A stretch of DNA of 63,098 nucleotides, the filler included, from Octopus bimaculoides (taxonomy: Eukaryota): assembly GCF_001194135.2 (NCBI RefSeq). It is 5 parts of 5 records of this genome, joined end to end, with 100 filler letters (N's around TTAATTAATTAA, not from the genome) between each part and the next. Parts side by side here need not be neighbours in the genome. Positions count along the whole stretch, not along the records: positions 53,354 to 63,098 come from NC_068989.1; 4 more parts are not named here. One strand, 5' to 3'. The notes under the pieces were generated by a model. It worked only from the letters and a program-made list of their open reading frames with translations. It did no database searches and was not told the DNA's origin. Below are positions 61,585 to 63,098 of the stretch, piece after piece. Every line of letters begins with the position of its first letter. Position 1 is the stretch's first letter. The translations under genes were made by a program, and so were the position numbers.

Positions 61585-61950
61585 TTTTATCTTGTTTCAG
61601 TCATTAGACTGCAACCGTCCTGTGGCACCACCTTGAAGGGTTTAGTTGAGTGAATCGACCCCAGTACTTATTTTTTTAAAGCCTGGTACTTATTTTTTCT
61701 GTCTCTTGCCAAACTGCTAAGTTATGGAGAAATAAGCTAACCAACACCAGTTGTCAAAGGGTGATGGAAGACAACCACAAATATACAAACACATGATGAC
61801 CATTCTTTTATTTTCTGTCTACCAAATCCACTCACAAGTCTTTGGTTCGCTTGGGACTGAAGCAGAAGACATTTTTCCAAGGTGCCATATGGTGAGACTG
61901 AACTTGGAACCAGGTATTTGTGAAGCCAGTTTCTCACCACACAGCCACAT
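61585..61950 (-). mobile_element. SINE family B, near full length
   Basis: cttgtttcagtcatt..caccaccttgaaggg..atcgaccccagtactta..ctaccaaatccactcacaag..ccaaggtgcc..accacacagccac. Confidence 0.88.
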
Positions 61951-62574
61951 AAGGCAGATACACATGTGATCACATGTGTACATTTAATAAAGTCCTTAAA
62001 GGGTGAAACAAAATATATTTTGTCAGACTTAGTTACAGATTAAATAGCTTGATTCTAAAATTTTTCTCTGATTGGACAGTATGTGCTTATTTTAGTAGTT
62101 TTGACTTATGGAGTCCCTCTAAGCGTGAGGCATTATTGTATAGTAATGCCCTTATATAAATTAAATTATATGTATTTAGGGAAAAAAATGATGGGTTTTT
62201 TTTCCTTATGAGGTTTTTTCACGCTAACTACTTGATAAATTCTTATTAAGTATTTATCCTAATATTATNNNNNNNNNNNNNNNNNNNNNNNNNNNNNNNN
62301 NNNNNNNNNNNNNNNNNNNNNNNNNNNNNNNNNNNNNNNNNNNNNNNNNNNNNNNNNNNNNNNNNNNNNNNNNNNNNNNNNNNNNNNNNNNNNNNNNNNN
62401 NNNNNNNNNNNNNNNNNNNNNNNNNNNNNNNNNNNNNNNNNNNNNNNNNNNNNNNNNNNNNNNNNNNNNNNNNNNNNNNNNNNNNNNNNNNNNNNNNNNN
62501 NNNNNNNNNNNNNNNNNNNNNNNNNNNNNNNNNNNNNNNNNNNNNNATATATATATATATATATATATAATGTC

Positions 62575-62682
62575 ATTGTTATTGTTTGTTCCTTCTTAAG
62601 CCATGCCTGGCTCATGAGGGCCAGTTTCCCAGTTTCATTGATGTGTAGGTTCCCCACCTGGACGGGACACTGGTCCGTCACG
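62575..62682 (-). mobile_element. 3' end of a fourth SINE family
   Basis: Minus strand gtgacggaccagtgtcccgtccaggtgggg..gaaactgggaaactggccctcatgagcc resembles the gatggactggcgtcccgtccagg tail of widespread metazoan SINEs (recalled). Confidence 0.55.
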
Positions 62683-62995
62683 TAAACAAATAATATGGGT
62701 GGCTTATTAGCAATTTAACAACCTAGAGGCAAATTTAGAGATGTAACTAACGTGACAGAGGGTACTGAGTGGTACCAGTATTGCTAGAAATAAGAGTCAA
62801 AACAACTCAATTGGCACAGAAGCACTATCTTAATGACTGACAAGTTCCCCAGCTGACAGCCAGTTTATCAACAATTTTGAATTTTGATGCAGAGCATCTT
62901 AATTTCCATCGGTGGCTCTTACCATGCCTAGGGTTAAACTCATCTCACCTTGTCAGCTAATAAGAAAACCGTTGAACTCATATGCTGATTTCAAA

Positions 62996-63035
<40 letters not shown>

Positions 63036-63098
63036 ATGTAACTCTCTCTCTCTAAACATATAAATGTATGCCTATATATATATATATATATATATATA

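Noticed and set aside
3542-61950. tRNA genes or CRISPR-like arrays from recurring A/B boxes and repeated units
   Set aside because: All A/B-box sequences are SINE heads without a full cloverleaf. Repeats are dispersed or simple tandem with no repeat-spacer structure, and the DNA is eukaryotic.

Overview
AT-rich, microsatellite-saturated animal DNA from a gapped short-read scaffold, with about 7 kb of N and four artificial 100-bp joins (44N-TTAATTAATTAA-44N). The SINE families, (ATT)n/(CAT)n/(TA)n arrays and LINE mix point to an Octopus genome; this is recognition from memory, not a search. No host protein-coding exon could be established, and almost all listed ORFs are microsatellite translations or decayed transposon frames. 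The window is a retroelement graveyard. It holds two R4/Dong-type REL retrotransposons in (TAA)n arrays, three Tx1-type pieces (one near full length), and a near-full-length RTE plus older RTE relics. It also holds a 5'-truncated Penelope-like element (RT plus GIY-YIG) with a decayed hammerhead-like motif, a Gypsy 5' LTR with PBS and gag start, a Tigger/pogo transposase remnant, two mariner-type MITEs and more than 25 tRNA-derived SINE copies from at least four families. The most interesting observations are a SINE-Tx1-SINE chimera with a microhomology junction, a possibly internally deleted Dong derivative, the PLE hammerhead relic, a shared 3' hairpin motif between RTE tails and CORE-SINEs, nested inverted SINEs (candidate A-to-I editing substrates) and a recurring ~20-nt motif. 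I found no evidence for an intact novel gene system.
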